Shown: positions 40,683 to 53,920 of the stretch, one piece after another
Layout: each line of letters opens with the position of its first letter
How positions within the stretch are numbered: position 1 is the stretch's first letter
Source: Octopus vulgaris
Taxonomy: Eukaryota
Length of the DNA stretch: 64,000 nt
NCBI GenBank assembly: GCA_951406725.2
Contig: OX597816.1
Location: 114,266,001-114,330,000, forward strand
Direction: 5' to 3'
Notes under the pieces: generated by a model
Databases searched by the model: none
Told to the model about the DNA's origin: nothing
What the model saw: the letters and a program-made list of their open reading frames with translations, nothing else
Position numbers and translations under genes: made by a program

Positions 40683-41449
40683 GATATGCTGTTAACAGCC
40701 AGTTTAAAACTTATCACAGGTTACACGAAAATAAGTTATTGGTTAAGAAATTCTACACAAGTACTGCATGTGAACTTGAAAGAAGATTGTATGAGTTTCT
40801 AAATCTCTCGCTGAAAATGGACATTATTTGATTTTGGCTAGGAACTCATAATGAAAAAAAAAACCATCAATAATATGTCTTGTGAGATATCTGGATGTCA
40901 ACTCAAGATCAGAAATAGTCTTCTATCCAATTTCTATCAAACATTGCTACTGCCCAAGAGATGCAATTAAAAATGCAAGTTATTTCTCATATGTGAAGTT
41001 ACAAAAGATGATACCTGGGTGCTTTCAATTTAGCCAACATTATAATCTCAAGATGTTGCTAAGGAAAATGAAAAAATAAAATAAGATAACAAACAAAATA
41101 ACTCTGCAAAAAAATAAAAAAACATTTTCAAAAGCCTCACCGGTAAAAGGCTGTGCCACATGCATTCATTAGTGGCTGTTCTGAGAATGCCATTCTGCAA
41201 TGTATTTGTGGAACCAATTAACTGCAGTTTCATTAAGTTGAAGATAATAACTAAATTCTATATATCAATTATTTTAAGGTATGATAAAAATATGTATATA
41301 AATAAATAAAATGGAAAGAAATAATATAAAATTTTTGAATCTTTATTTCAGTTTATGTGAAAATTTTGAAAATAAAAAATGTAAATGAAAAATAACAAAC
41401 AAAAAAATGAAAAACAAAAAGACTTCTAAGTAATGACAATAATGATAAT

Positions 41450-41815
41450 AATCTTTTCTTATTTTTGCACAAGGCCAGCAATTATGAGGAGTGAAGAGGT
41501 AAATTACACTGACCCCAGTACTCAATTGGTACCTATTTAATCAACCCCAAAAGGATGAAAGGCAATATTGACTGTGGATTTGAACTCAACATGAATTAGG
41601 ATGAATTGCAGCAAATGTTTCAGCCAGCTCACTGCCTTTTGAATGATAATAATAACAATGTTTCTAATTTTAGGCACCAGGTAAGCAATTCTGGGCAAGT
41701 GGGCCAGTCAGGAGCACTGACCCCCAGAACTTGAATGATACTTTATTTTATTGACCTTAGAGAGATGAAGGGCAAAGTTGACCATGGCAAGATTTGAATT
41801 CGGAATGTGACAGAC
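41450..41815 (-). mobile_element. Two family-C SINEs
   Basis: AAGGATGAAAGGCAA and GATGAAGGGCAAAGTTGACC cores. Confidence 0.75.
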
Positions 41816-43067
41816 TAGAACAAAGTGGATATCAAAATGATGATGATGAAATTGTGGCATGAACTGTCATTTTGTTTAAAAAGACAATATTAATTTTATA
41901 TTAGATTTTAAGTGAAAATTGTAGTTTTTATCATTAATTAATGTGAAGAATAGAAGTGAAAACAATACTACATTCACAAGAATTGTTAAAGCTCTAGTAA
42001 TAAACATAAAAATTAGATTTAAATGTAAATCCAGAATAAGAGAAGCAAACTTACAACAGAAATTTTGGAATGAAATATCATTACCACTTTAATTCATGCA
42101 TCACTTTTTAGTAGTCCTAAAACTCTTTTAACAATTAATTATCAAGTAAAATGTTACTCAGAGTAATGAGAAAAAAAAAAAAATTATGAAAACGTTCGCA
42201 ATCTAGAATTAATTTCAACTCGGCATTTAGAAATAATCTTTAGAAATTAAGGAAATCTATCTAAATACCAGAGCTACTCATGTGTGAATGATGAAAGGTC
42301 ATTTAATTCCTGGTTAAAGATTCTGAAGAATTCATATATTTTCTTATTGTAATTTTGGGGGCAAAAAATGAGAAATTAATTTCGTAGTAGAGAGCTGTGA
42401 GAGATGATGGGCAATTAAAACATGTTTCTATATCAAGATTAGAGTTGGATATGAGTAAGTGTGAAGATTTAATAAAAAGTGCATTTCTTATTATAGAACA
42501 AAATTTTTAAAAAAAATAAATAAATGAGAATATTATTATGATGCTACAATTTATTATTTATGAAATTATGAGGTACCATTACAACCTATGAATACATCTT
42601 TGAAAGTTAGCAGTTTTAGTTGAATCCAAGCTAAAACTACTAACTTTCATTATAATGTTTGAAAAAAAGCAAAAAGGCCAAAATATTCTATCATATAACT
42701 CTGATTTCAGACAAATTTCAGAAATAAATATTTGGAAATTGATACACAACCTCTACAAAATATGGCTTGAACCAATAAATAAACAATATGTTTCAAATAA
42801 TTGCATAAGAGTCAGCTTAAAGTTTCCTGATAAGTGATTTGACACCTGAGAAACAGCAGGTGGGATATAATGCTTTGTGGATGTGTAGCTCTTATCAATA
42901 AGAGACAGTGAATTAAATACATACATATAAAACATATACATATCTATATATATATATTTATATATCCATGTACATTACATACATGCATGTAAATATAAAT
43001 CATCCTAAGGCATTTAAAATGCCTTTCATAAGTCCATGTTTCAAATACAACAGGGATGGTAAGAAGG

Positions 43068-43625
43068 TTGGTGCCTTTTAAGTTCCACTGGCACAGAAGC
43101 CAGTCAAGGTGGCACTGGCATCGGCCATGTACGGATGGTGCTTTTTATGTACCTCCAGCATGGGTATCACAAATACAATTTCCATTTCATTTTTATTTTG
43201 ATGTTGATGTACTTGACTCAATAGGTCTCCTCAAGCACAGCAGGTCACTATGATCCAAGGTAAGCACAGCAGGCTGTCCTGCAATCCGAGGTACTTTTGA
43301 ATGGGCTGGGGCTGGTTATATGAAGCTGATGTAGGATATAGCCATGAACTCACTTTATATGTTGGGTCTTCGCAGTCACAGCATATCTCCAGATGTCTCG
43401 GTCTTTCATCATTACCTCTGTGAGGCCCAACGTTCGAAGGTCATGCTTGACCACTTCATCCCATGTCTTCCTGGGTCTACCTCTACCCTGGATTCCTTCA
43501 ACTGTTTAGGAGTGGCACTTCTTCACACATCTCTCCTCATCCATCCGTAGTACATGACCATACCAGCGCAAACGTCTCTCTTGCATGCCACATCCGATGC
43601 TTCTTATGTCCAACATTTCTCTCAG
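43068..43625 (-). mobile_element. RTE LINE fragment: ORF C-terminus and part of 3' UTR
   Basis: Minus strand reads QERRLRWYGHVLRMDEERCVKKCHS*TVEGIQGRGRPRKTWDEVVKHDL, with the RLRW.GHV.R and GRPRKTW motifs of RTE-clade ORFs; one in-frame stop. Confidence 0.9.
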
Positions 43626-43633
43626 GGCGCTTA

Positions 43634-43799
43634 CACAGGCTGTGTGGTAAGAAGCTTGCTTCCCAACCACAAGGTTCTGGGTTCAGTCCCACTGCATGAT
43701 ACCTTGGGCAAGTGTCTTCTACTATAGCCTTGGGCTAATCAAAGCCTTCTGAGTGGATTTGGTAGCCAGAAACTGAAAGAAGACCATTGTGTGTGTGTG

Positions 43800-43873
<74 letters not shown>

Positions 43874-44042
43874 TGTGTCTGTGTTTGTCCCCTGACCATT
43901 GCTTGACAACTGATGTTGGTGTGTTTATGTCCCTGTAACTTAGTGGTTTGGCAAAAAAGACCAACAGAGTAAGTACTAGGCTAACAAAGAATAATTCCTG
44001 GAGTCATTTCAAGCATGGCTGCTGTCAAATGACTGAATGTGT
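43634..44042 (+). mobile_element. SINE family A, near full length
   Basis: Colinear with 6837-7248; internal (TG)n expansion. Confidence 0.9.
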
Positions 44043-44787
44043 AAATGAATATGCATATTATATATATTTATACATATATGTGTATAAATGTGTGTGTCTG
44101 TGTGTGTGAGTGAGTGTGTCTTTGTGTGTACATGGAGTGTGTAATATATTTATATAAACAAATCAACACCAGTTGTGAAACAATGAGAGTCAAACATACA
44201 CATTCATACAAAGTTTGTATATGAAACGCTTCTGCACAATTTCCACCAACTAAATTGATTCATGCTTTTCAAAAATATAAAATAACCCCTTTGTGAGCAG
44301 TCCTTTGTCTACCAAATGTACTCATGTCTTTTAAAAATTTATTATAATAACCTCTTCATGAGTAGTATGTAAGGATGGATACGTCCAACTAGTGACAGCA
44401 TCACACACACACACACACACATAAACACTCACACACACACACACACTTGTATGCATGCACAGAGAGAAATGGTGATGCAAAAAATGCAATGGAGAAGGTG
44501 AAGAAATGAAGGTGAACAAAGAAAGTGAATATGATAAAGATGATATTGAAAGAAAAATATAACAAAAAGGGAAAATATGAAATGGGCAGGTAAGACTATA
44601 AATGTAAAGGACAATGATGATTGTGAAACTTGAGGCTTTGAAACCTTGGTTACTGAGGCCTTGATGCTGAGGGAGAGTCGTTGAAAGTAGTGGCCATAGC
44701 AATGAAAGTGCTGTCTTTGTGATATTATTGACAATAATGGCAGTTGTGATGTTGATGGTATTGGAAAAATGATTATGATTACAGTGT

Positions 44788-44819
<32 letters not shown>

Positions 44820-45562
44820 TAGACAATGACATTGATGAGAAAAATGGTGATAATGTTATTGTTGGGGTAGAGTTTCTCATCCTTGCAAAGTAATCAATAA
44901 AAAGTTAAGAGCAAGCTGGCTTAAAGATAAACACACTACTTTTCAGAATATGAATCAGCAATTCTGCTAACATGACATGGAAGGAAAAAAAAACTGCCTG
45001 TGACTTAGCTATGAACTAGATCTTTTGACTTACTTCTTTAGTTGTCTAGCTAATGAATAAAATGCTTCACAACATTCTTGTGAATAAAAACTGTTCTTGA
45101 TTTTTATGCAAAAACTCTTGACGACTTTAACCAAGAATGAACGTTGTTCTCGATTTTCCAATGAACAATCACTGTTAACAACTTCCTAGTGAACAAAAAA
45201 CTAAAACACAATAGAGTACAAAGTTTATCTATTCACTGTTTCAGAATCTCTTAAAGTTGGAGATCAAAAGCACTGGGGGATGTTAGCACAGCTAATAATA
45301 AAATTAACTTGATATTGAATAGTATGTAGCAGAAAAAACATGTACAGGTGGAGGAGGTTATTATAGAGATGCAGTTATCCACAAGAAATACAGGGTAGTA
45401 AACAGAAATTGGTCATTGACTTACTTATTTACAATATTCTGGTGAATGACCAATGTTTGTTATTTTCTTATGAGCTGGGATTGTCCAACTTCTATTAACT
45501 TTTAGGTATTATAGATAAACTTCATACAATTATAAAATGAGATATCACAGTGGATACGACTT

Positions 45563-45868
45563 GTTGTTTTTGTTTCCTTCTTGGGCTATTCCTGGCTCAT
45601 AGGGCCAGTTTCTGGTTTCCTTGTCATATAGATTCCCCACCTGGATGGGACGCCGGTCCGTTGCAGGTGAGCTGCAAGATGCAGGAGGAAAGAGTGAGAG
45701 AAAGTTGTGGTGAAAGAGTCAGCAGAAGTTCGCCATTACCTTCTGCCAGAGCCGCGTGGAGCTTAGGTGTTTCGCTCATAAACACACACATCACCCGGTT
45801 TGAGATTCAAACCCACGATCCCTCGACCGCGAATCCACTGCTCTAACCACTAGGCTATGTGCCTCCAC
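45563..45868 (-). mobile_element. tRNA-derived SINE family D variant with TSD
   Basis: A box TAGCCTAGTGG, B box GGTTTGAATCT; ~13-bp TSD GTGGATACGACTT (45550) / GTGGACATGACTT (45869); 5' half shared with 57836-58147. Confidence 0.88.
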
Positions 45869-46826
45869 GTGGACATGACTTAGAAAATTACGAGATATTT
45901 CCTGACATGGTGGACATATTTTTCTAAGTATGAGATATTTCATTGTATTTAAGAAGAAACTCAAGTTTTCTGCTTCTAAAATAAAGTGATATAATTAGAA
46001 GAGCACAATAGTATAAAATGTAATTTATTGTGAATAAAGTAAAAAGATAACAGCTGAAGTAGCAGTTTAGAATTTTAACAGTTGACTCCAAGATTTCAGA
46101 AAGTTTGTCATCCTCATCTGGCTCAGCAGCATCATTAGTACTAAGATTGCTCTCTTTATCTGTCTTTCTCTCTTCCTCACCATACACCAGTTCTGTAAGA
46201 TTCTAACTCAGTTCTCTATATTTCCAGTTTCATTCTTTCATCCATCAAATATTACATTCTATAGATCAGACCAAACAAATTTGATAAAATACATACAAAC
46301 GAAAACAGTAACATTTGCATGTCTGTCTTTGAAGAAAAGAGAAATGTAAAGAAATTAAGATTTTTACCATGCTTAACAAGAACTCTGAAGAATGGATTTT
46401 GCTTAGGCACTTGCAAACAATGCAACAAATGTATGAGACATCTAGCCTGTTGACAGGCAGAACATTCCACCAAAAGCTGGAATTAGTTCCTGAGGAGCTC
46501 ACTCTTATATTTCTAAACCCAAATGAATCACAAGTTATTTAGAAAATAATGTAGAAGAAGGGAAGGAATTTTGCAATTAATTTTTGAATATGATGAGACA
46601 AAAATAAGACATGTGAAAACCAAATGTAAAGATGTAACAGTCTTCAAGATCCACACAGCTATCAAAGTTAAAATGACAGATATAAACAGGTCTTGCTTCC
46701 TTTCATTATCTCTTCTGCTATACTCCATCAACTTTTTTTTAATACAGATTGGTAATTTAATACCGAATTCAGAAGTTATACATATCTAGTAAGCAACTTG
46801 ATCAGAGATTCTATGTTGAAACTGAA

Positions 46827-47025
46827 GCAACTACATCATGGAAGGGCCATTTAAAAACATGCAAAGCTGTTAAATTCACTTTAGATTCAAATTTACTTAA
46901 TGAGGTGTCAGATTCCCACTATAAAACAGTGACCTGGTCATTGATGGAGTTCCATTGCAATAGTTTAAATCTAAAGTGAATTTAATAGCTTTGTATGTTA
47001 AATGGGCTTTCCACAAAGTAGGTGT
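46827..47025. repeat. Foldback element (~65-bp arms)
   Basis: aacatgcaaagctgttaaattcactttagatt versus aatctaaagtgaatttaatagctttgtatgtt. Confidence 0.85.
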
Positions 47026-47917
47026 TACTAAATTTAGTTATTTTCATAAATAGCAGGATGCTATCAACAGATGGTATTTATTTTTTTCAAATAAACAGAC
47101 TAAGCAGAGTACAGGTAATGTGTCATTTGTGAACAGGAGCAATACAATGTCAAAGGTCGCATTTGACATAATAAACTTTGGTTTGAAACTGAGGATGAAA
47201 CTTTAACCATATTTCTAGTTTCTGAAGCTTAAACATAGCAAGTATACTAAACATCTGTTTTGTTGACAAGGAAAAACATTCCAATAAAAAAAATAAGACT
47301 AATATTTTGTGACTCTTGTTTTACAAAAAGAAATAAAAAAAAAACAACGTTGATAGTATGAGAACTGACATAACCAAGCACAGGCAGATCTGTGTAACCA
47401 CTGTAAAACAGATGTTAAACGATAATGATAAGTGTGTGCGTATGTGGTGTTTGGTTGGCTATAGGTTTTGTCAAGTGTAATTATCATTTAAGATGGATGT
47501 TCATGCACTGCAAGGAAAATGGTAAAACTTCAGTTTTGAGAATTTATCATAGCTAGACTTGTATTTTGCTAGAAGTTTATTCCTTACATGCATGTACACA
47601 CACACACACATTTACTGTCAAGCTCTATAGGTAAGAGTGTTATCTATGGCTTCAATGAGGTCCTCTTAGAAATGAAAGAATAGTCAAGTAAGAGTTGTAC
47701 TGATACTATGAAATTTAAAATTACTATTCAATAAAACTAAAAAAAACGTAGTTCCACAGCAAGACAGTGCTCCAAGTGTTTGGAGTAAATTATATAACTT
47801 TATAATCATGGACAACTCATTGGTTATTACAGTTCTATATTTAAGAGATGAGGAATTATGTACATTATTTACATTATTTACATTTGACGGATATTTGTCC
47901 TCTTCTTGTTTGTTGTT

Positions 47918-47960
47918 AACACATTTCGACTGATATACTCTCCAGCCTTCTTCAGGTATC
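47918..47960 (-). ncRNA. Hammerhead ribozyme motif, degenerate
   Basis: GATAC-CTGAAGA-A-GGCTG..CAGTC-GAAAT-GTGTT; cleavage triplet missing, as at 10672. Confidence 0.5.
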
Positions 47961-48007
47961 TTGGGGAAATTTCGAACCTGGGTTCTCATTCCTAAGGTAT
48001 TCTTCAA

Positions 48008-48047
<40 letters not shown>

Positions 48048-48167
48048 GTTGTTGTTGTTAATGTTGTTCAGGTCACTGCTTGGAATTGAACTCAGAATCT
48101 TGGGGTTAGTAGCCCATGCTCTTAACCATTACACCATATGCCCGTGGTCATATGGCATAGTGGTTAA

Positions 48168-48213
48168 GACACCTGAAGAAGGCTGGAGGGTATATCAGCC
48201 GAAACGTTGAGTT
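48168..48213 (+). ncRNA. Minimal type-I hammerhead ribozyme motif, core intact
   Basis: GACAC-CTGAAGA-A-GGCTG-gagggtatat-CAGCC-GAAAC-GTT-GAGTT; loopless palindromic stem III (ACGT); one mismatch in stem I. Confidence 0.7.
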
Positions 48214-48473
48214 AACAACAAACAAGATGAGGACAAATATCCGTCAAATGTAAATAATGTAAATAAACCGATTGGTGTTTGTGATTTAGTTTAAAGAATT
48301 AAAATAGACAATGTGACTCTGATCTTTGGGACCAAAACGATATATCTGAGGGATGATTTGCTATTATGTCAACAGGCTGAATGACTTGTACACAAAGGCT
48401 TTCTCATTCACATGCTACCCAAATCTAGAATGGTAAAGTAAAACTGAAGCAATGAAATACTTTGGTTATGGCT

Positions 48474-48546
48474 TCCTCCTCCTCCTCCTCATCATCATCA
48501 TCACCCCCCACCACCATTATCACTGCTGCTACTGCTACTGCTCCTC

Positions 48547-48601
<55 letters not shown>

Positions 48602-48602
48602 T
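48474..48602. repeat. Compound (CCT)n(CAT)n(CTA)n trinucleotide tract
   Basis: Directly visible. Confidence 0.9.
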
Positions 48603-49289
48603 ATAATTTTTTCAAGTATATTTTGTTTTTATTCTATTTTGAATGACAAATTTCTTGGATCTCCCTTTGGGATCTTATCAAAATAGTCTCGCTTCTATGA
48701 ATAATGAGAAAACTAAGTGTAAGTGGATGGAGGTGGAGACTACATTATTGAACAGAGTTTAGGGGAGGAATTCCCCAAAGGACACTATGAAATGATGAAA
48801 ATGGATCAATTGTTATGTATTTGATTGAGAAAGGAATAACATCAAATGGAAAACCGAAGTCTCTCGCTTCTTTTTCCTCTTCAACCATTCCAGTCACACT
48901 CTTTCTCTCACTCGCCTTCTCTGATACTATGTTCTTACTACCAACAACTCTCTTCTTTTCTCATGCATTCAGTCAAAAATAGTTTTAAAAAATAATAGGT
49001 ACTCGCTGCTACTGCCACTGCTGTTCCTTGCCAAAGTCTTCAAAAAGGATCCATATAACCCATTAAGTCTACATGGCTAACCATCCATTAATAAATGTTG
49101 AGAAAAAAAAAGTGATTAGCTTGAAAATTTGTAAACTATAGTATATATATAAATATTCTTTGAAATGATTTTTGTTTCTTTCTCATTATTATTATTATTA
49201 TGATTATTATCAATAATAATAATAATGATAATGACTATAATAATAATAATATGAATATGATTACATTTGACACTGAACAATAACTGAGA

Positions 49290-49840
49290 AGAATCAGTTA
49301 AGCACGTGACAAAGGTAGTGAAACAATTGTTTCTTTTAAATTCTGAATTTAAATTCTGCCAGGATTCAGTTTCTCTTTACATTCTTCAGGAGGAAATAAA
49401 ATAAGTACCAGTCAAATACTGGGGTTTGACTTCAGCAACCAAACTGTTTCAAAATGAGTTACACTATCCTTTCTGCTATAGGCACAAGGTCTAAAATTTT
49501 GTGGGAGGGGACTAGTCAATTTCATTGATCCCAGTGTTTCACTGGTACTTAATTTATTGACCCCAAAAGGATGAAAAGCAAAGTCGACCTTGGTGGAATT
49601 TGACTGAAACAAATAAAAGAATAAAAAAAATAATAGTGCTAACAATTTTGAGAAAAGATATGGACTAATGAATTACACAAGCCCAGTACTTGACCGGTAC
49701 TTCATTTCAACAAGCCTCAAGGAGAAGAATGCCAAAGCTGACCTCAGCAAGATTTCAACTCAGGATATAAAGAGCTGGAACAAATACCATAAAACATTTC
49801 GTCTAATATTATATAACATTTCTTCTAGCTCACTGTCTTT
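49290..49840. mobile_element. Family-C SINE fragments in both orientations
   Basis: Plus 49290-49440 (old); minus 49466-49602 and 49665-49840. Confidence 0.65.
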
Positions 49841-49842
49841 AA

Positions 49843-49900
49843 CTCTTTCGTTACCAACCCAGCTGAAACCGCCTCTGGCTCTGTAGTACAAATGTTCTAA
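49843..49900 (+). mobile_element. Left end of the piggyBac-type MITE
   Basis: TTAA-CTCTTTCGTTACCAACCCAGCTGAAACCGCCTCTGGCTCTGTAGTACAAATG matches 12208-12260; no right TIR seen. Confidence 0.75.
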
Positions 49901-50720
49901 TCCTGAGTAGTGAATTGGTAGAACTGTTAGAGGGGTCAGGAAAGTTGCCTCTTGGTATTTGCTTTGGCTTTTTGCAATGGCTGACGACAATGCTTGCAAC
50001 AACACTAATAATGCAAAACTGTATTTGTCCAAGTTGGTGACCTTTCCCTTGGATAAACATTGGTGTCAATTGGAGGAGAAACTTGCATGCATAGGCAACT
50101 GCCAAAATTTTAAAAAATCATGTCTAGTTTTGTGCAATGATACATAGATGCTTAGTCAGCTTTGGCCAATGGAAGCCCTAGTTAGAATATGTTGCTAGGA
50201 AACCAGTTAATAAAAGAAAAGAAGGTTCATAAGTAAATTTGTTATTATTTATCCCTGCCTCCATAGTTTCTCTAACTGTATTTGAACTGGAAATTTTTTT
50301 ATAATTTTTCATTTTGTGACATTTATTAAACTGATGTTTGCAAATGCACACTACCATTATTTTCTGTAGACTTTGGAGTTTTATTCTGACATACACTCAA
50401 ATTAATGTTGGTATACTGTTGACCAGTAATACTTGAAAATATGTGACTCAGTAGCTTGTGATGGAATATAGTATGATCATAAGAAGGTCTCTGAATAAAT
50501 TAAGAGAAGCGAGTAAAAGGAAGTGACAGAAAAATATAAAAATAACTGAATAAAATCCAAGGAGATTTTCATAATCAGCCATCAGTTTATAGCAATGATT
50601 TATGGATGATATAACTTTGTCTTTAAGGAATCCTATTTTCCTGCTTTTCACAAGGACAGCATTAGAATTTTACATCTTTTTCAAAATTAATAGTTGGACT
50701 TATAGTTAACACTCAGGTTC

Positions 50721-51166
50721 TAAGGTAGTGAACTGGTAGAATTGTTAGCACGCCATGCGAATTGCATAGCGGTATTTCATCTGCCGCTACATTTTGAGTT
50801 CAAATTCTGCTGAAGTCGACTTTGCCTTTCATCCTTTTGAGGTCGATAAATTAAGTACCAGTTATGCACTGGAGTTGATGTAATCGACTTAATCCTTTGT
50901 CTGTCCTTGTTTGTCCCCTCTATATTTATCCCCTTGTGGGCAATAAAGAAATAAGAATTGTTAGATTACTGGGCACAATGCCTTGTGGCATGCTGCTTTT
51001 CTTTACATTCTGAGTTCAAATCCTGCTGAGGTCTTTGTCTTTCATCCTTTCAGGGTAGAGAAATTAAGTACCAGTTGAGCACTTTGGTTGATCTAATTGA
51101 CTTCCTCACCCATCAAAATTGATGCTGTTGATACTTGTACTACTTGTGCCAAAATTAGAAACCAAT
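50721..51166 (+). mobile_element. Dimeric family-C SINE
   Basis: Long-tail monomer to about 50955 directly followed by a second monomer starting AGAATTGTTAG. Confidence 0.85.
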
Positions 51167-53866
51167 TAATACTCAGGATGAGAATTACAAATGGTTTCTC
51201 ATCTCACTATGTGACTAATCTACCAACTGGATAACTTAAATATTTTGAAACATTGGAGTAGTAACAATGTGTCAGACTGTTTGAAATAAAGCCTAATGTA
51301 ATTGCTGATAGACTATTTAGCTTTCATCACTTGATTTCAGAAATATACGAATAGCATGCACAAAAATATCTGCTGAAACAAAATACACAATAACACTTGC
51401 TAAAAGCTAACACATGACTATATACCAGTTGACATACAGCAGTGTTGATGGAATTATTTCATTTAGTTATAAATATACTCAGGAATGCACACATATACAA
51501 GCAAAACAGACACATAAACATGCAGGCTTCAACCTATAATGAATGGAAAGCACTAAAATTTCACTGTTCTTTGTGGTAACTTAGTGTACATCAGCATAAA
51601 TCCTAAAGAGAAAACTGCCATATATCTGAACCCTATATACATCATAAGAAGATTTTCCTAAACACACAGACAGATATGCCCACACCTCTTAACAATACAT
51701 CAATTAGTAATGAGATTGCCCTTGTGTGTAGCAAATTTACTTTGGAGCAAGAATCAAAAGCATTATAGAGTGGACAAAAATTATTTGATAACACTGAAGA
51801 TGATTGCAGAAAAGTAAATATATACTTTTGAATAAAATTAAAATAAAAAGAATACATTAATTTAAAGTGCATTATCTACAAAACGTAGCCAAAATATCTT
51901 GTACTATACAAAAGTATGCCCTTTACAATCTAGGTGTACTACAACATGACTATGTTTTATATGTAAGTATGCCTTCTACAATTTGACTTACACTGCATAA
52001 GATTCTATCTGTTTTAATGTTTGAGTCGCTAACACTACCCCACCACCATCACATCCAAGCAAGGCTATTTCAAACATTTTAAAAATACAATGGAATTAAA
52101 TTTGTTGAAATGAAATTTGTTCACTTTATTTATTAGCACTCTTATGTTATTGCCTTCTCCAGACACATACACACACACACAAAGTTTGAAAAAAAAAGTT
52201 TAAAAACAGATTAAAAAACTGAAAAAAAAAAAAAGGTAATAAAATTATGTAGACTAACACATTTTCTAATTAGATAGAATGGTAAATGAAATCTGTCGAA
52301 CATTCACCAGCAGAAGACAATAGAATTAAGGTATCTTTAATTGCCTGGTAAAAACAATAAAGAGTTTCACCCTAACATGATTTCCACTGTAGATAGCAAA
52401 GCTAATAATACTTTTTTTTCCTGTGAACACTGTAAAGAGAGAGAATTGCTCAAATAGCAACTTCACAAAAAAAGAATAAATCCATTTCAGTAAAAAGATT
52501 TTGGTTTGTTTACCTTGTAATTTTTTGATTTATTTTGGGGTTTGTTTCATATTTGTTTATCAATTTTTTTTTTATTGTCACCTACCTCTACCAGCTAGTT
52601 TTGTATACCTACTGTCTACATTGCTACAGCAAAAAAAAACCCCAAAAAACTACTTTGTGTTAAGATTTTGGTGATTGGTAAATAAATAAACTATAGCAAA
52701 GATGAGGGTAGAGATTTGTCAGAGACTGTGCCCAATTTGATTACCAATGTAACTTACATAATCATCACAGGTGCCACTTCTACAATCCTTTAAGAAAGCT
52801 TGGGATTGTATTATTGTTATTTGCTTGAGGCAAGCTTATTTTCAAATCCCATTATTTTTTTGCCTTTATTCTTTAACATTTTTTTTTTACTTCTTGGAAG
52901 TTTCTGTGGAGAAGCATTTCTTTTTTTTATATATATATCTTTTTACCTTACTTGTGATAGTTATCTATTTATTTACTTTTGTTGCCTATCCCTCAATAAG
53001 TCTTGTATTGATTAGAAAGTTAGCTGATAAGAAGTCTGCATTTCCATTTGACTTGCTTTTTTTTTTTTCTTTTCTATATCCCCTGCAGTAAGTAATGGGA
53101 TATTGGAGAGAGTGGTCGTGGCAAAGGAAATGAGGTTAGGGAAGTAAAAATTAGCTAAACAGGACCAAATAACTCAGGAAACGGAGTTAAGTGTTGTTGA
53201 CATGCACAATGTCTTGGCACAGAAAGACAGTACATAATGCTCAGTTTCTCGATAATAAAAGACAACAATGTACTTAGAGATAAGGTGAGAAATAAAGATA
53301 TTAGCACCAACAAAAGTGTAATATATAACTGCAGAGATTACATAGAATGTTCAAGGTCTGTTTGTTCAGTTGCAACAATTTATGTGCAATATGCTATGAC
53401 TTCTAAGAAACCCTGCACATTAATTTTATAGGTTTACAACTGCAGGTTTTGTTGGACTAATACTTCTGTTGTTGGTGAACTTTAGGCTCTTTTTCTGTTT
53501 TTCATTCACATGAAGAAAATAATGTTACATAAAAAAAAAAAACCCTTTGACAGAAACACAAGACAGGGATATAGATATTTCTCTGGATATGTGATGTGAA
53601 CTTGCAAGAGACTGAGAAATGATTTACAAAAGTATATAGACATCAATAGTCTTAAGGAAGATGTGTTCTGGTTGGTTTAACTGGCTAATGCTAAATAAAT
53701 GATAACATGTGTATATGTCAATGGTGTTCTGATAGAAGCAGAGTTAACACAAAAAAAGAATTTAAGTATAAACAGAAAAGTTAAACTTCAGAATCAAAGT
53801 TTTACAGCTGACCTGATGCAAGAAAATATACATACATATAAACAAACATCAACCTCTCCTTTTTCT

Positions 53867-53920
<54 letters not shown>

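Larger units (their letters stand above)
47830..48266. mobile_element. Head-to-head inverted dimer of the tRNA-headed, hammerhead-bearing retroposon
   Basis: Complete minus arm 47830-48145 (A box 48126-48136, B box 48082-48093, (AAT)n linker) and internally deleted plus arm 48146-48266. Confidence 0.85.
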
